From UHGV virus genome UHGV-0214148: a DNA stretch of 64,000 nucleotides. One strand, 5' to 3'. Below, in pieces: positions 35,434 to 45,866 of the stretch. Numbering within the stretch: position 1 is the first letter of the stretch; every line of letters starts with the position of its first letter. The notes under the pieces were generated by a model, which saw only the letters and a program-made list of their open reading frames with translations, had not been told where the DNA came from and searched no databases. The position numbers were made by a program, and so were the translations under genes. This DNA is from a virus.

Positions 35434-38151
35434 ATGGACGATATTAGTAAATTAACGGGCGACCCCGCCGTAGCTGCAATTCTTCGTAAAACTACGGGCC
35501 CAGCACCCCAGCAACAACGCGGTACGCGTAGCGAGGGTGGTTCTACGCCAACACGTCAGGAACTTGCAGGAATTGTAAGTTCGCGTATTCGTACTATCAA
35601 AAATGCGGAACGTATCTTTGATGCGTTACCTGAACTCGAAACGATTGTTACCATTGCAACTTCGAGCTTGCTGTCGACAAAAGACTTAATCAACACCACG
35701 TTGATTTACGACAACATCGCAGACATTCCAATTGACTTACGTAATGACCTACTGACACCAACGCGTGATTATCATGATAACGTACGTCAATTACCTAAGA
35801 AATTATATCAGTGGATTTACGACGCGTTAAAAACAAAAGGCGCAAGTCCAGTGATGATAATCTCGGACAACGGTTTTGACCAGTTGTTCGGTTTAGACGC
35901 CAAAGTCGCTACCGAATCCGTACGTCGTTCTCAAGCTGCCTATTTCGAAGAACAGCTCGGTATTCTCGGTCCAATCAACGGGCAAGATGACGGGCAACGG
36001 GTGGGTGTGGAATCTATTCTGAGTCGTGTCCGTGGGCCTGTTAAAGGACCACAATCACTGAAAATCAATTTCAGTAACCATGATAAGATGTTCTCAGATA
36101 AGTTCGAAATGGACATCTCGATCACCGACAACCCACGTATCACGTTACTACCCCATGCTTATCGTCGAATCGCTCATGAGAACGCACGTACTGGTCTCTA
36201 CGGCCAATTAGAGCAAGCCGCATATGAAAAGCCTGCCACACCGACAGGTGCTACGCCGTATGAAGTTAATCAACAGTTTAACGACCGTCAGCGTGACGCG
36301 GCTGAAAAAGGCTTCATTAACTTAGGCGATCTGAACGAAGCGTACAAAGGTACACCAAAAACTCAGACTTATGGCGATATTCCGATTATTTCGATGAATG
36401 AAAACAACCAAATCGAATATTTCGAATGCCTATTGCCTGCTGAGTCTACCGCACCGTTGGTTATCGGCGACGACGTTCGTAACCCTATTGGGTTTCTGAC
36501 CATTATTGACGATATGGGTAACTTCATCAACTCACGTTCTTCACTTTACGGGGACGCGAACTTTATGAACTACCTTAATAACGACGGCATGACGGACAGT
36601 ATTATCAACCGCTCTAATTTGGGTTTGGGTAATACCTCTCGTATAACGCCAGAGATCGCCAACCGTTTAAGTGCCCGTTGTAGCGAGATTGCTGAGAACG
36701 AATTTACCCGTGCGTTAAGCCAGGCATTGGGTGGAGCTGAAATCAGCATGAAAATTACCGAAACTTTCGGTCGTATTCTGCTGGCACGTCACCTCGCAAA
36801 ACGTCACACACAGGTTGTCTATATCCCGGTTAATAACTTGTGCTACTTTGCAACGGACTTTAACGAAGATGGTATTGGGGTGTCTATCACTGAACGTTCC
36901 TTTATCATTTCTACGGTCAGGATGGCGCTGTTGTTCGCAACGATGAACTCTTCAGTGTTGAACTCAGCACGTCACATGCAATACGACATCGAGTTATCGC
37001 CGGACGATATGAACGGTCAGAAAACGGTTGACCAGGTTAAATCAGATATCCTTAACTCCTATAACCGTCGTTTACCGATGTGGGGTGATATCAATGACGC
37101 TTGGTCGATGGGGGCTAATGCCGGGATTGCATTTAACGTGACGGGTAATGAATACTACGCCAGTCATAAAGTGTCCGTTTCGGACACAACGCCTGAGTAT
37201 AAAGTGCCCGATCAACAAATCGATGAAAACTTACTCCGTCGTACTTGTCACATCGCGTGTGTAGACCCGGATCTTGTTTTGACGCCGGAAAACCTGGAAT
37301 TTGCTTCGCAGATTTATTCCAAGTCACTGCTGGTCACTCAGCAAATCGTGAAGAAACAAGAAATTCTGTCTACGCCGTTAACACGCTACGTGACAAACAG
37401 TTTGCAAGCCTCTCCTAAATTACAAGCAGAGTTGGTTCGTATTATTGTTGAATATATTCGCAATCAAAATCCTAATGTAACAGGTGAAGACTTGACCAAA
37501 CAAACGTCGGAGTATCTGGCGAAGTTCATCAACGGTATGAAGGTCACTTTACCACCACCAGACACATCAGCTTCTTCTTCACAAGCGGATCTGTTTGATA
37601 AACGCTATGAGTTCATTGAGAAACTGGCGGATCTGGTTGTTACCGACGATATTTCGAATATGCTTCAGAATGAAGGTATCGAAATGCAGCCTGATGATCT
37701 CAAGACGATGATTAAATCGTTCTATACGCGTAACTGGCTGCGTAATCAAGGCATCGAAACCGATCTGTTTGATTTGATCTACGACGAAGATAAACGTGGT
37801 GAAAACGTCAAGATGATTTCTGATGAAATCGCAGCAGCATCGAAGACGCTGATTCAGTTAGCTAAACGCACAACAGGTAAAGTTGAAACCTTAGCAAAAG
37901 CGGCTGATTTGAATCCTGAGGACGCCAATAACTTCGGCGGGGGTAGCGACTTCGGTGGCGGCTCTGAAGACGACGGTGGCTTAGGGGGCGATGAGGACTT
38001 AGGTGGTGACGATATGGGCGGTGATGAAGACTTGGACATGTCTGATGATGAAACGACGGAAACCGATACGACAACGGAAGAAGACGTTTCTGCTGAAGAC
38101 ACAGACGAGACGGATACCGGTACAGACGACAACGCCGATGAAACTCTCTAA
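35434..38151 (+). CDS. large protein (905 aa) with Gly/Asp/Glu-rich acidic C-terminal tail
   Basis: GGAG RBS; long ORF; followed by bidirectional terminator. Confidence 0.85.
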   Translation: MDDISKLTGDPAVAAILRKTTGPAPQQQRGTRSEGGSTPTRQELAGIVSSRIRTIKNAERIFDALPELETIVTIATSSLLSTKDLINTTLIYDNIADIPIDLRNDLLTPTRDYHDNVRQLPKKLYQWIYDALKTKGASPVMIISDNGFDQLFGLDAKVATESVRRSQAAYFEEQLGILGPINGQDDGQRVGVESILSRVRGPVKGPQSLKINFSNHDKMFSDKFEMDISITDNPRITLLPHAYRRIAHENARTGLYGQLEQAAYEKPATPTGATPYEVNQQFNDRQRDAAEKGFINLGDLNEAYKGTPKTQTYGDIPIISMNENNQIEYFECLLPAESTAPLVIGDDVRNPIGFLTIIDDMGNFINSRSSLYGDANFMNYLNNDGMTDSIINRSNLGLGNTSRITPEIANRLSARCSEIAENEFTRALSQALGGAEISMKITETFGRILLARHLAKRHTQVVYIPVNNLCYFATDFNEDGIGVSITERSFIISTVRMALLFATMNSSVLNSARHMQYDIELSPDDMNGQKTVDQVKSDILNSYNRRLPMWGDINDAWSMGANAGIAFNVTGNEYYASHKVSVSDTTPEYKVPDQQIDENLLRRTCHIACVDPDLVLTPENLEFASQIYSKSLLVTQQIVKKQEILSTPLTRYVTNSLQASPKLQAELVRIIVEYIRNQNPNVTGEDLTKQTSEYLAKFINGMKVTLPPPDTSASSSQADLFDKRYEFIEKLADLVVTDDISNMLQNEGIEMQPDDLKTMIKSFYTRNWLRNQGIETDLFDLIYDEDKRGENVKMISDEIAAASKTLIQLAKRTTGKVETLAKAADLNPEDANNFGGGSDFGGGSEDDGGLGGDEDLGGDDMGGDEDLDMSDDETTETDTTTEEDVSAEDTDETDTGTDDNADETL

Positions 38152-38154
38152 ATA

Positions 38155-38220
38155 GCAAAAAAAAAATAATTCGAGCTTACTCCGACCCTTCTGGGGTCGG
38201 AGTGGCTTTTCTTTTTTTTT
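38155..38220. terminator. bidirectional intrinsic terminator between convergent genes
   Basis: A10-hairpin(CTCCGACCC...GGGTCGGAG)-T-rich run. Confidence 0.75.
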
Positions 38221-38520
38221 TCACCACGCTATCTCGTCTTTCTTAATAGCAAGGTCCAGCATCACTCCTATTGCTAAGGGATCGTTATCGTACGCCGTCA
38301 GTTTCGCTAACAGTTCCGACTGACCTGATTTCTTGACGGCTTTCAGTAACTCATTACGTGCATTATAGTAGATAAGCCAGTATCTACCGTGATTGATTTT
38401 GGTGTTTGAATGCTCTAATAAGTAGCGATTAAACTCCATGGTTGCTTTGGTTTCAGGTAACTCAAAACGAAAACGTGGGCTACGTTCGTAGTCTACATTA
38501 ATAACGACATATTTAATCAT
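38221..38520 (-). CDS. hypothetical protein (99 aa)
   Basis: ORF with GAGG RBS. Confidence 0.7.
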   Translation of the reverse strand: MIKYVVINVDYERSPRFRFELPETKATMEFNRYLLEHSNTKINHGRYWLIYYNARNELLKAVKKSGQSELLAKLTAYDNDPLAIGVMLDLAIKKDEIAW

Positions 38521-38559
38521 TTCCTCATTCCCTCACTATAGTGGGCGGCTATAATAAAT

Positions 38560-38597
38560 TGGGGAATAAAAATAAAGGAGGAGAGCCGAAGCTCTCC
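38560..38597 (-). terminator. intrinsic terminator
   Basis: GGAGAGC-CGAA-GCTCTCC + T-run. Confidence 0.6.
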
Positions 38598-38607
38598 TGT
38601 GGGGCGA

Positions 38608-38856
38608 TTAGACAATAGCGGCAATACGTTCTTCTAACAACAACTTCTCTGCGGCCATTACCTCCAGTTCCGCAGTGATCAGTTTCACTTGGCGATCGTC
38701 AATGAAAATTGGGCGTTTTTCAATGAACTGTTCGCGTTCGTGCATCCGAACTTGGAGTTGGTATAACTCCAGATTAAGCTGTTGCTTTAAACGAGCGGCG
38801 GTATCAATCTCCTTTAACTCAATTTTTGTATTACTGTAATCAACATAGGCTGCCAT
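38608..38856 (-). CDS. hypothetical coiled-coil protein (82 aa)
   Basis: ORF track. Confidence 0.7.
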   Translation of the reverse strand: MAAYVDYSNTKIELKEIDTAARLKQQLNLELYQLQVRMHEREQFIEKRPIFIDDRQVKLITAELEVMAAEKLLLEERIAAIV

Positions 38857-38900
38857 GATACTGTCCTGTGGTGTCTATAGATTAGGGGGCACGAAGCCCC

Positions 38901-40541
38901 TTAGTAACGCACCGGTGCGGTAATTTCACCATTGCTAAGCAGTGTATAGGATGCCGACGGGGTAGCCAGCTTCACAATAGCTTCAGGTGCGCGTTGGTTA
39001 ATTGCTTCATAGATACCGACAATAGGTTCAAACGCATTACCGAAGGAGGAAATCTCTACGATATTGCGACCTTTTGCAGACGGGTAATCCGCAGGCAGCT
39101 GAATGGTGTAAGTTACACGGCAAATTTCAATAGCACGATCGTTAGATTTCAGACGGAAGTGCAGCTTACGAACAGAACGTGCAACCAGCAAGCACAGTTC
39201 GCGGAAGAAATCCGCAGCCGTGGTTACGCCATTTTCACCGATAGTGCGCGGGAACAGCGTGTCACGGAAGTATTCGAGATCGCTTAAGTTACAATCGAAT
39301 TGTACAAATTTCGTACCTGGAATTCCTTTACCGTAGTTTGTCGCAACAGCAATCGCGTTATGAACCAAAACAGTGAGCGTTGCGTTAAACTGCTGACAGA
39401 ACTCCACACAGCTTTGTTTCAGTGTATCCGGCTCCTCTGCCTGAGTATTGAAATATTGCAGTAGGCGCTCAGACATTTTACGGATGCGGAACACCTCATC
39501 GATCGTACGCTTCAGCATTTCTTCAGGATCGTCAATATCGCGAATATCTTCGATACCATCGATTGCCTGGCGGGTGGCAGTATAAAATTCTTGAAGGTAA
39601 GTTTTGCTCGAATCCGTACTCACCATCGGGAACAATTTATACTCGCTTTCGGTTTTCACCATCACATCCGCTTCATCATAAACGCAATAATCGACGTCTT
39701 CATTATCGATGATTTCGTCAACCTTTTCTGACCAATTGTGATGGCTAGAATACGGTGAATTTTTGATGCGTTCATTGAGTTCTTTCGGCGTAAGAATATT
39801 TTTCTTAATCTGTTCTCTAAGTTCGTGATCTAAATAGTCTTCCACAATTTCCACCCGGAAATGATCGATGATAGGTTTATTGTAACGTTCGACAAGTTCT
39901 TCGATAGTTTTCTCGTCGAGCTCACGCGGCTTGTTAGCTTCCACCATAGACTGCGAAACAGTCGGTTTAGGCTGTGCCTGTTGCACGGGTTGCTGTGCAG
40001 GCTGGCCGAAGTTACCTTGCGGTTGCGCTGTTTGCTTCTGTGCCGCTGTGCGCGGATCGTAAGTTGACATTGGGATAGAACCCCCTTGTACCGCTGGTGC
40101 TGGTTGTGGACTACCATAGCCGCTGCCTGGGAAGCTAGACGCTGGCATCGCTAAGCTCGGAGACCCACCCATTGCTGGGCCACCAAAAGTGCTCGATTGC
40201 GCCATAAGCTGTTTAGCTTGTACCGCATACTGATTTGCCGTACGGAATTCCTGTTCCAGCTGGCTGTGAATACGCGGGTCCAGTGGCTGCATACCACGCC
40301 CCAGTAAGTCACTATACAGCGTCGATTTAAAAGTTGCCAGAATCGCCGATGCAGTTTCGTTATCTGGACGACGGTTGTATACAAACCACGTGGCGACGGT
40401 AACGGCATTATCCATGTATTTGTCGTCATTCAATCCAGCAGCACGTGCTTGATTACAAAGATACGATAAAAGTTCATCACGACCACTGGAGATCGTGCTA
40501 TAGATGTGGTTACGAATTACGTCTTTATTGACAGTTGCCAT
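38901..40541 (-). CDS. hypothetical protein (546 aa) with Q/P/G-rich low-complexity linker
   Basis: ORF track. Confidence 0.8.
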   Translation of the reverse strand: MATVNKDVIRNHIYSTISSGRDELLSYLCNQARAAGLNDDKYMDNAVTVATWFVYNRRPDNETASAILATFKSTLYSDLLGRGMQPLDPRIHSQLEQEFRTANQYAVQAKQLMAQSSTFGGPAMGGSPSLAMPASSFPGSGYGSPQPAPAVQGGSIPMSTYDPRTAAQKQTAQPQGNFGQPAQQPVQQAQPKPTVSQSMVEANKPRELDEKTIEELVERYNKPIIDHFRVEIVEDYLDHELREQIKKNILTPKELNERIKNSPYSSHHNWSEKVDEIIDNEDVDYCVYDEADVMVKTESEYKLFPMVSTDSSKTYLQEFYTATRQAIDGIEDIRDIDDPEEMLKRTIDEVFRIRKMSERLLQYFNTQAEEPDTLKQSCVEFCQQFNATLTVLVHNAIAVATNYGKGIPGTKFVQFDCNLSDLEYFRDTLFPRTIGENGVTTAADFFRELCLLVARSVRKLHFRLKSNDRAIEICRVTYTIQLPADYPSAKGRNIVEISSFGNAFEPIVGIYEAINQRAPEAIVKLATPSASYTLLSNGEITAPVRY

Positions 40542-40580
40542 TATTATACTCCTGTTACGTCTTTTCTATAATTTAATTCG

Positions 40581-42356
40581 TTAACGGCCAATCTTCGCAA
40601 TGTCTTCTTCGGTTGCTTGGATCAACTCGTTGAGTTTTGGATTACGTACCATCACCAGTTGGGTGTTCGTCTTCATATACGGATTGAGAATACCCGATTT
40701 AAACGGTGATGATTTCGGAATGTAATACACGTTACCACATTCCAGATGAGATGCAGAGGCATGTTTTGTCCGGTCATTAAGGTTAACCGTCTTACCGCCC
40801 TTGCTGTTACGTTTGGATTCTGTTTCTGTCTGGCTGATAGCATGGGTTGAAACCCCCAGCACCATAGACTCGGTAGAAGCGTTGAAATAACTTACACCGC
40901 CATTGCCGGTAATGTTGCGTAATACCAGGCTAGTTACAATGTCTTTATTCAACGCGCTGCGTATCATGTTCGCACAAGACTCCGGTGTTCGATTTTCCGT
41001 TTGTCCCAAGTGGAAACGAATCGCTGCGATGGTAGGCGTAAAGCCACGCTCACCCAATAACAGGTAATCTGTTACGGTCAGACGTTTTCCATACATTGAC
41101 GGAATATCACCTTGTTTCGTAAGGCGCGTTCTCACCATCAACTTCGTCGCGTACCAGAAGAAATCAAACATATCCATATCGTCCGGGATATCGGGATCTG
41201 ACATCATTAACTCACCACGGAATGTTGAGTTAACGTAGCGTTCGCACTCCGTATAGTGTTTCGTCATGCTGTGTGCCAGTTCAATATCGGACGGTTTAAG
41301 TCCAACAATACTTCTCCCCAAAATCTCCCGCCAAATTGCGGAGGAATTCAGGTTTACAACATCGTCCTCCATTGCAAGTTCGTTAATCGCGGTAAACAAC
41401 GGCGGTAAAGGAACAACGTTGCCGTTTTTAATCGCTTGCTTTCCGCAATAATAGTGCGCTGCTTTAAAGAATGCAGAAATCGCCACGAGTAATAAGTGCT
41501 CGTTTTGATCCCATCCCGCTTTATCGAGATTTGGTAAAGCCTCTGCAGGAACCGTCACTACGTACATAATCGACCGATTATGTTTAGGCTCACCTGAACT
41601 GATTACTACTTTTTTATCGAGATCGATTTCAGGTACTTTGAATGCAGGATATATCTCCACATCCACGCCAGTATAACGTTTGATGGCTTCCTTAAATCCA
41701 TAACGCCCGAATAGCCAGTACATTAACGGCTTTTCGTCCGTGTCAGGATGTGTGGCGTTTTTGGCTTTAAACAAATTGTTTGTTCCGGGCAAGAACAACT
41801 CTTCTTTCTTCCCATTCACTAAAATCCGTACCGGGTGCTTACAGAATTTTAATGACGCTTTACGTTTAAAGTCAAAATTAACAAACACCCCGCCGTGCTC
41901 ACGACAGATACCCGGCTGATGAATAACAGGTGCAACATGATACGTTGTTCCGTAATAGTTCATCAACCCACCACGACGAATGAAAGGCAAGTTAATCGGT
42001 CTTGAGATTGGTCTTGAGTCTCCAGGAATACGGAACGACGACATGACCATATACGCATCGGTATTAGCGATTGACATCACACCACGACGCTTATCCATCC
42101 TGCTGCTCTCTGAACGAGACAGCTTATAGATAAAAGTTTCGAACGGCGACATTAAACGAACACCCAACACGGCCAAGCCTTCAGGAACACGAGGGTTCTC
42201 TACAGGATGGTAATCTAGCTCACGTTTCAAGATACGATGTACACGATCGTGAATACCATCTTTGGCTTGTGTATAACCGACTCCTTCCGCAATCGCACGG
42301 TTAAAGGGTACTATTTTACCACTCTCTTTAAGCTTTTTGATTGCATCTTTAAACAC
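40581..42356 (-). CDS. hypothetical protein (591 aa)
   Basis: ORF track. Confidence 0.8.
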   Translation of the reverse strand: MFKDAIKKLKESGKIVPFNRAIAEGVGYTQAKDGIHDRVHRILKRELDYHPVENPRVPEGLAVLGVRLMSPFETFIYKLSRSESSRMDKRRGVMSIANTDAYMVMSSFRIPGDSRPISRPINLPFIRRGGLMNYYGTTYHVAPVIHQPGICREHGGVFVNFDFKRKASLKFCKHPVRILVNGKKEELFLPGTNNLFKAKNATHPDTDEKPLMYWLFGRYGFKEAIKRYTGVDVEIYPAFKVPEIDLDKKVVISSGEPKHNRSIMYVVTVPAEALPNLDKAGWDQNEHLLLVAISAFFKAAHYYCGKQAIKNGNVVPLPPLFTAINELAMEDDVVNLNSSAIWREILGRSIVGLKPSDIELAHSMTKHYTECERYVNSTFRGELMMSDPDIPDDMDMFDFFWYATKLMVRTRLTKQGDIPSMYGKRLTVTDYLLLGERGFTPTIAAIRFHLGQTENRTPESCANMIRSALNKDIVTSLVLRNITGNGGVSYFNASTESMVLGVSTHAISQTETESKRNSKGGKTVNLNDRTKHASASHLECGNVYYIPKSSPFKSGILNPYMKTNTQLVMVRNPKLNELIQATEEDIAKIGR

Positions 42357-42366
42357 GCCATGCTCC

Positions 42367-43377
42367 TTACGTTAGCATCCCTATAAATGCGACACCCGCC
42401 GCCAAATACGCAGGGACAGATTTAAATAGGTCTGAGCCGTCCTTACGAATGTAAGAACGCGTCTCGTAGAATTCTTTACGCGCCTCAGCCCGTGACTTCG
42501 CTTCCAATTCCTGTTGCTTGAATGCTAAAGTCAATCGCTCCTTTTCTAAAGCCATGCTCTGTAGTTGTTTCTTGTGTTCCAATTCTAACTTGTCTTTTGC
42601 CGAATCCAAGCTTTCTAATTTTTCTTTGTACTGCTCCTCTAAACGTTGCTTAATCTCAAAGAGGCCGGGAACTGCTTCTTGCCATCGAAACGCGTCTGCC
42701 GCTGCCTCATCCTTAAATAATCTAAACGGTGAAGTAATGTCGTCAAATTCAAAATGAATCATTCGACTGCCTTCCACCCTCGTTCCACCTCCTATTATCA
42801 TGTAAACGCCCGGTTCATAATAGCGTGACGTTATTGGTTCGATTTTCATTTTCGTACCGTAGAAACGTAGCCACCGATAATTGTCAGGCTCGTCGTAGCG
42901 CTGCACAACAACAACACCCAATGTAAATTCAGTGCGCTCACCTCCAGGGCGCATAGTTGGGGGTTTACTATCTAAGCGTATCGGTGTTGTTGAGAAAGCA
43001 AAGCCTAACTGCTTTAGTACAACCAAATCTCCTCGCAGCAACGCACCAACGTCGTTTACTGCATACTCTAACGTTACCTCCCCTTTTTCTTTCAATTGGT
43101 CGCAAAAGCGAGAAAACTGTTTTCCCGGCATCAGTTCAGCAAACCCATTGAGATTCGCGCATCTTCCGTATGATTGATACGTCACGTAAACGATAACCCC
43201 ATGCTCATCAGCGGGGTTTTTCGAAGCATTTAAAATAAAGCTACCGCCACTGGTTTCAGTGACGTGGATAGGCACGCCAGTGTTATTTTCAAACGTAACA
43301 AGTTTCCTCAATCCAGACGTTTGACATAACGAGCGTTCAGAGATACTGGGCACCACATCAATATCAAGACGTTTCAT
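42367..43377 (-). CDS. hypothetical protein (336 aa) with C-terminal coiled coil
   Basis: ORF track; promoter-like motif about 90 nt upstream with a 16-codon leader ORF. Confidence 0.75.
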   Translation of the reverse strand: MKRLDIDVVPSISERSLCQTSGLRKLVTFENNTGVPIHVTETSGGSFILNASKNPADEHGVIVYVTYQSYGRCANLNGFAELMPGKQFSRFCDQLKEKGEVTLEYAVNDVGALLRGDLVVLKQLGFAFSTTPIRLDSKPPTMRPGGERTEFTLGVVVVQRYDEPDNYRWLRFYGTKMKIEPITSRYYEPGVYMIIGGGTRVEGSRMIHFEFDDITSPFRLFKDEAAADAFRWQEAVPGLFEIKQRLEEQYKEKLESLDSAKDKLELEHKKQLQSMALEKERLTLAFKQQELEAKSRAEARKEFYETRSYIRKDGSDLFKSVPAYLAAGVAFIGMLT

Positions 43378-43465
43378 GGGAACCCAAGCTAAATTTTAAT
43401 GATGACACATATCTTTAGTTTAAACTGTATTTTTTCCATACATACTCCTTTAAAACCAACTGGCC

Positions 43466-43500
43466 GTCTCCCTTTAATAATATCTATCCAAAAAATAATA
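43466..43500 (-). promoter_or_regulatory. promoter-like motif copy 7 (degenerate, ends ...TATTAAAGGGAGAC)
   Basis: GGATAGATATTATTAAAGGGAGACG following the capsid-gene terminator. Confidence 0.4.
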
Positions 43501-43552
43501 GAAAGAAAAAAAAATAAAAGGTCTAAGCCCCGAAGGGCTTAGACTCTTTTTA
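43495..43552. terminator. strong bidirectional terminator downstream of 764-aa virion gene
   Basis: A-run-GTCTAAGCCC-CGAA-GGGCTTAGAC-TCTTTTT. Confidence 0.75.
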
Positions 43553-43559
43553 AGCAAGA

Positions 43560-45854
43560 TTACTTACCAGCAGCAGCTTTGCCTTCGCCAGCAACGTTAC
43601 CTGCTACACCACCTTCGGTTTGTTTCTGACCGTTCTGTTCAACAGAAACATTGTAAGCCAGTTTTTCTTCAACCAGTTTGGTGATGCCTTTAACCCAGAT
43701 CAGACCAGTGATCGGGCAGTGGCAGATGTGCGCGTTACGCGGCTGTACGGCCAGCTCTTTAGAGGTAGAACCGTTACGCTGAATGTTGATGTTGGTAACC
43801 ATGATCGGAGACCAGAAGTGGTTACCCCAGTTCAGCACGTTGTAGGAACCATCGTCCGCAGTCGGAACTTTCAGGAACCATTGCAGACGACGAGTCCAGG
43901 AACCGTCAGCTGCGTTGTAGATACGCCAGCGGTCATCGTTGGTGGTGATCACTTCGTATTCGTAGCGATCGCCCAGCAGACGTTGGTCGCCCTGTACCAG
44001 CAGCAGCATAGATGCAGTCGGTTCGTCAGTTGCAATAACAACTTTCGGCAGAATGTCCGGATCGGCAGTGTACAGACGCAGCGCAGGAATGAAGCGAGAT
44101 TCCTGGATAGCCTGAGTTACCTGATTACCGATACGCTGTACCAGGCCCTGACGAGCGTTGATCAGTGCATCTTTGGTATCCAGGGACTGTACAACTTCAT
44201 CAACGTTGTAGTCAGACTCTTTGAACCACGGAGCAACCCAGTGACGGCCCAGACCACGAATGGCCGGTTTGTCCCACGGAGTGATCATGCTTGCAGCAGC
44301 GTTACGTACCGCTTCGGTGTAAGACAGCGTCTGAGTGATAGCCAGCTGTTCGTTACGGATGTTAACTGCGGAAATCAGGTCGTCCAGACGTTCGGTATCG
44401 TCGTATTCAACGCCAACCGGAGACTTGGTCAGGATCGGAGAACCGTATTGCAGTTTGTAGTTTTCTTGTTCCCAGATTGGGTCAAGCAGCAGACCCTGGG
44501 TACGACGGTTTTCGTTGGTACGAGTACCATCGAAGCGCCAGCCCATCAGTTCAAGTTTCAGACCGTCCAGGATAACTTTGCCGGTACCAGATTTGGTATC
44601 AACTTTGTTACCGGTAGCGTCGTACAGACCTTCGATTTCCAGTTTGTGACCAGCGATGTCAACTTTACCACCGAACTGACCGGTAGTGAACAGAGACATG
44701 TTGATGGTGATCACATAACGCAGGGTGTAGGAGTTCTGTTCCAGTGATTTCAGTGCCGGAATAGCTTCGCCTTTCCAGTCGGTGGTTTTCGCATTCAGAG
44801 AGAACGCAGTACGACGGAATTGCAGTACCAGCTCACGGCCATCACCTTCAGCAGGACGCTGGAAGGTTGCGAACTGCATGTCACGAACGTGCAGTTTGAT
44901 GAATTTACCTGCTTTCGCTTCTTCGGTCGGTTTACGTACGGAAATCAGCAGGCTGCCCAGAGCACAACCCGGTGCGATTTCATCAGTTTCGTCGTAACCT
45001 TCCTGAACGATACCCGGATGCGCAGACAGCTGGAACAGGTTCAGAGTGTCTTTAGCAAAGCTCAGGTAGTTAGTCGGGTACGGAGGTACACGACCCAGGC
45101 GAACAGATTCGTTCGGTACCAGTTCTTCGCTTACGAAGTATTCAGCGTTTTCACCGGTTTCCATTACGTAAGGAACGATGTTGATCGCTTCGTCCTGAAG
45201 AACGGTGTGGTCAGTCAGCGCTTCGTGCAGGTTACGACGATGATCTTCAACAACGTCTTTGGTCAGTAACGCGTGCATGACACCACGAGAAACGGTGGTC
45301 ACTTTGGTACGTACGGTAATACCAACATCGTTGGTGTCAACGGTGATGGTCGGGAACAGAGTCTCAGCAAAACGAGACTGAGTTTCCAGAGCACGTACGT
45401 TCAGCGTCCAGGTCAGACCCAGGTTTTTGTCGTAATCTTTGTTGGTGTAGTATTCCTGAGCAACAACCATACGCTCTTTGCCCCAGTCGCCGTTACCAGC
45501 TTGGGAACCAGGAATCGCAACGTCCAGGTTAAAACGGCTATGGAATTCTGGCTTAGCGTATTCTTGCGCTACTTTTTCTTGCAGGTCCATACCGTGACCA
45601 GCAGCACCCAGAATCATTGCAGAAGCAACTTCCGCAGCGTGGGACATTTTCTTACCGCCAGCAAACGCGTTTGCGTAGTGCTGTGCAGCATCGTCACGCA
45701 GGGTACCAAAAACTTTCGTGTTGCTACGTACAGACTCACCAGCAACGATGGTGTTCCACATTTCGCCAGCACTGTTGTTACTAATGACGCTTTGTACCAG
45801 CGAGTTACCAGCTTGTACGAGTTTCTCCAGATTAGAGATTCGGGTATCTTTCAT
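43560..45854 (-). CDS. highly expressed major virion protein candidate (764 aa; possibly major capsid protein)
   Basis: E. coli-optimal codon usage (CTG, CGT, GGT, AAC, GAA) contrasting with neighbours; strong bidirectional terminator immediately downstream. Function inferred only from size and expression signature. Confidence 0.85.
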   Translation of the reverse strand: MKDTRISNLEKLVQAGNSLVQSVISNNSAGEMWNTIVAGESVRSNTKVFGTLRDDAAQHYANAFAGGKKMSHAAEVASAMILGAAGHGMDLQEKVAQEYAKPEFHSRFNLDVAIPGSQAGNGDWGKERMVVAQEYYTNKDYDKNLGLTWTLNVRALETQSRFAETLFPTITVDTNDVGITVRTKVTTVSRGVMHALLTKDVVEDHRRNLHEALTDHTVLQDEAINIVPYVMETGENAEYFVSEELVPNESVRLGRVPPYPTNYLSFAKDTLNLFQLSAHPGIVQEGYDETDEIAPGCALGSLLISVRKPTEEAKAGKFIKLHVRDMQFATFQRPAEGDGRELVLQFRRTAFSLNAKTTDWKGEAIPALKSLEQNSYTLRYVITINMSLFTTGQFGGKVDIAGHKLEIEGLYDATGNKVDTKSGTGKVILDGLKLELMGWRFDGTRTNENRRTQGLLLDPIWEQENYKLQYGSPILTKSPVGVEYDDTERLDDLISAVNIRNEQLAITQTLSYTEAVRNAAASMITPWDKPAIRGLGRHWVAPWFKESDYNVDEVVQSLDTKDALINARQGLVQRIGNQVTQAIQESRFIPALRLYTADPDILPKVVIATDEPTASMLLLVQGDQRLLGDRYEYEVITTNDDRWRIYNAADGSWTRRLQWFLKVPTADDGSYNVLNWGNHFWSPIMVTNINIQRNGSTSKELAVQPRNAHICHCPITGLIWVKGITKLVEEKLAYNVSVEQNGQKQTEGGVAGNVAGEGKAAAGK

Positions 45855-45866
45855 TTGTTTAATACC

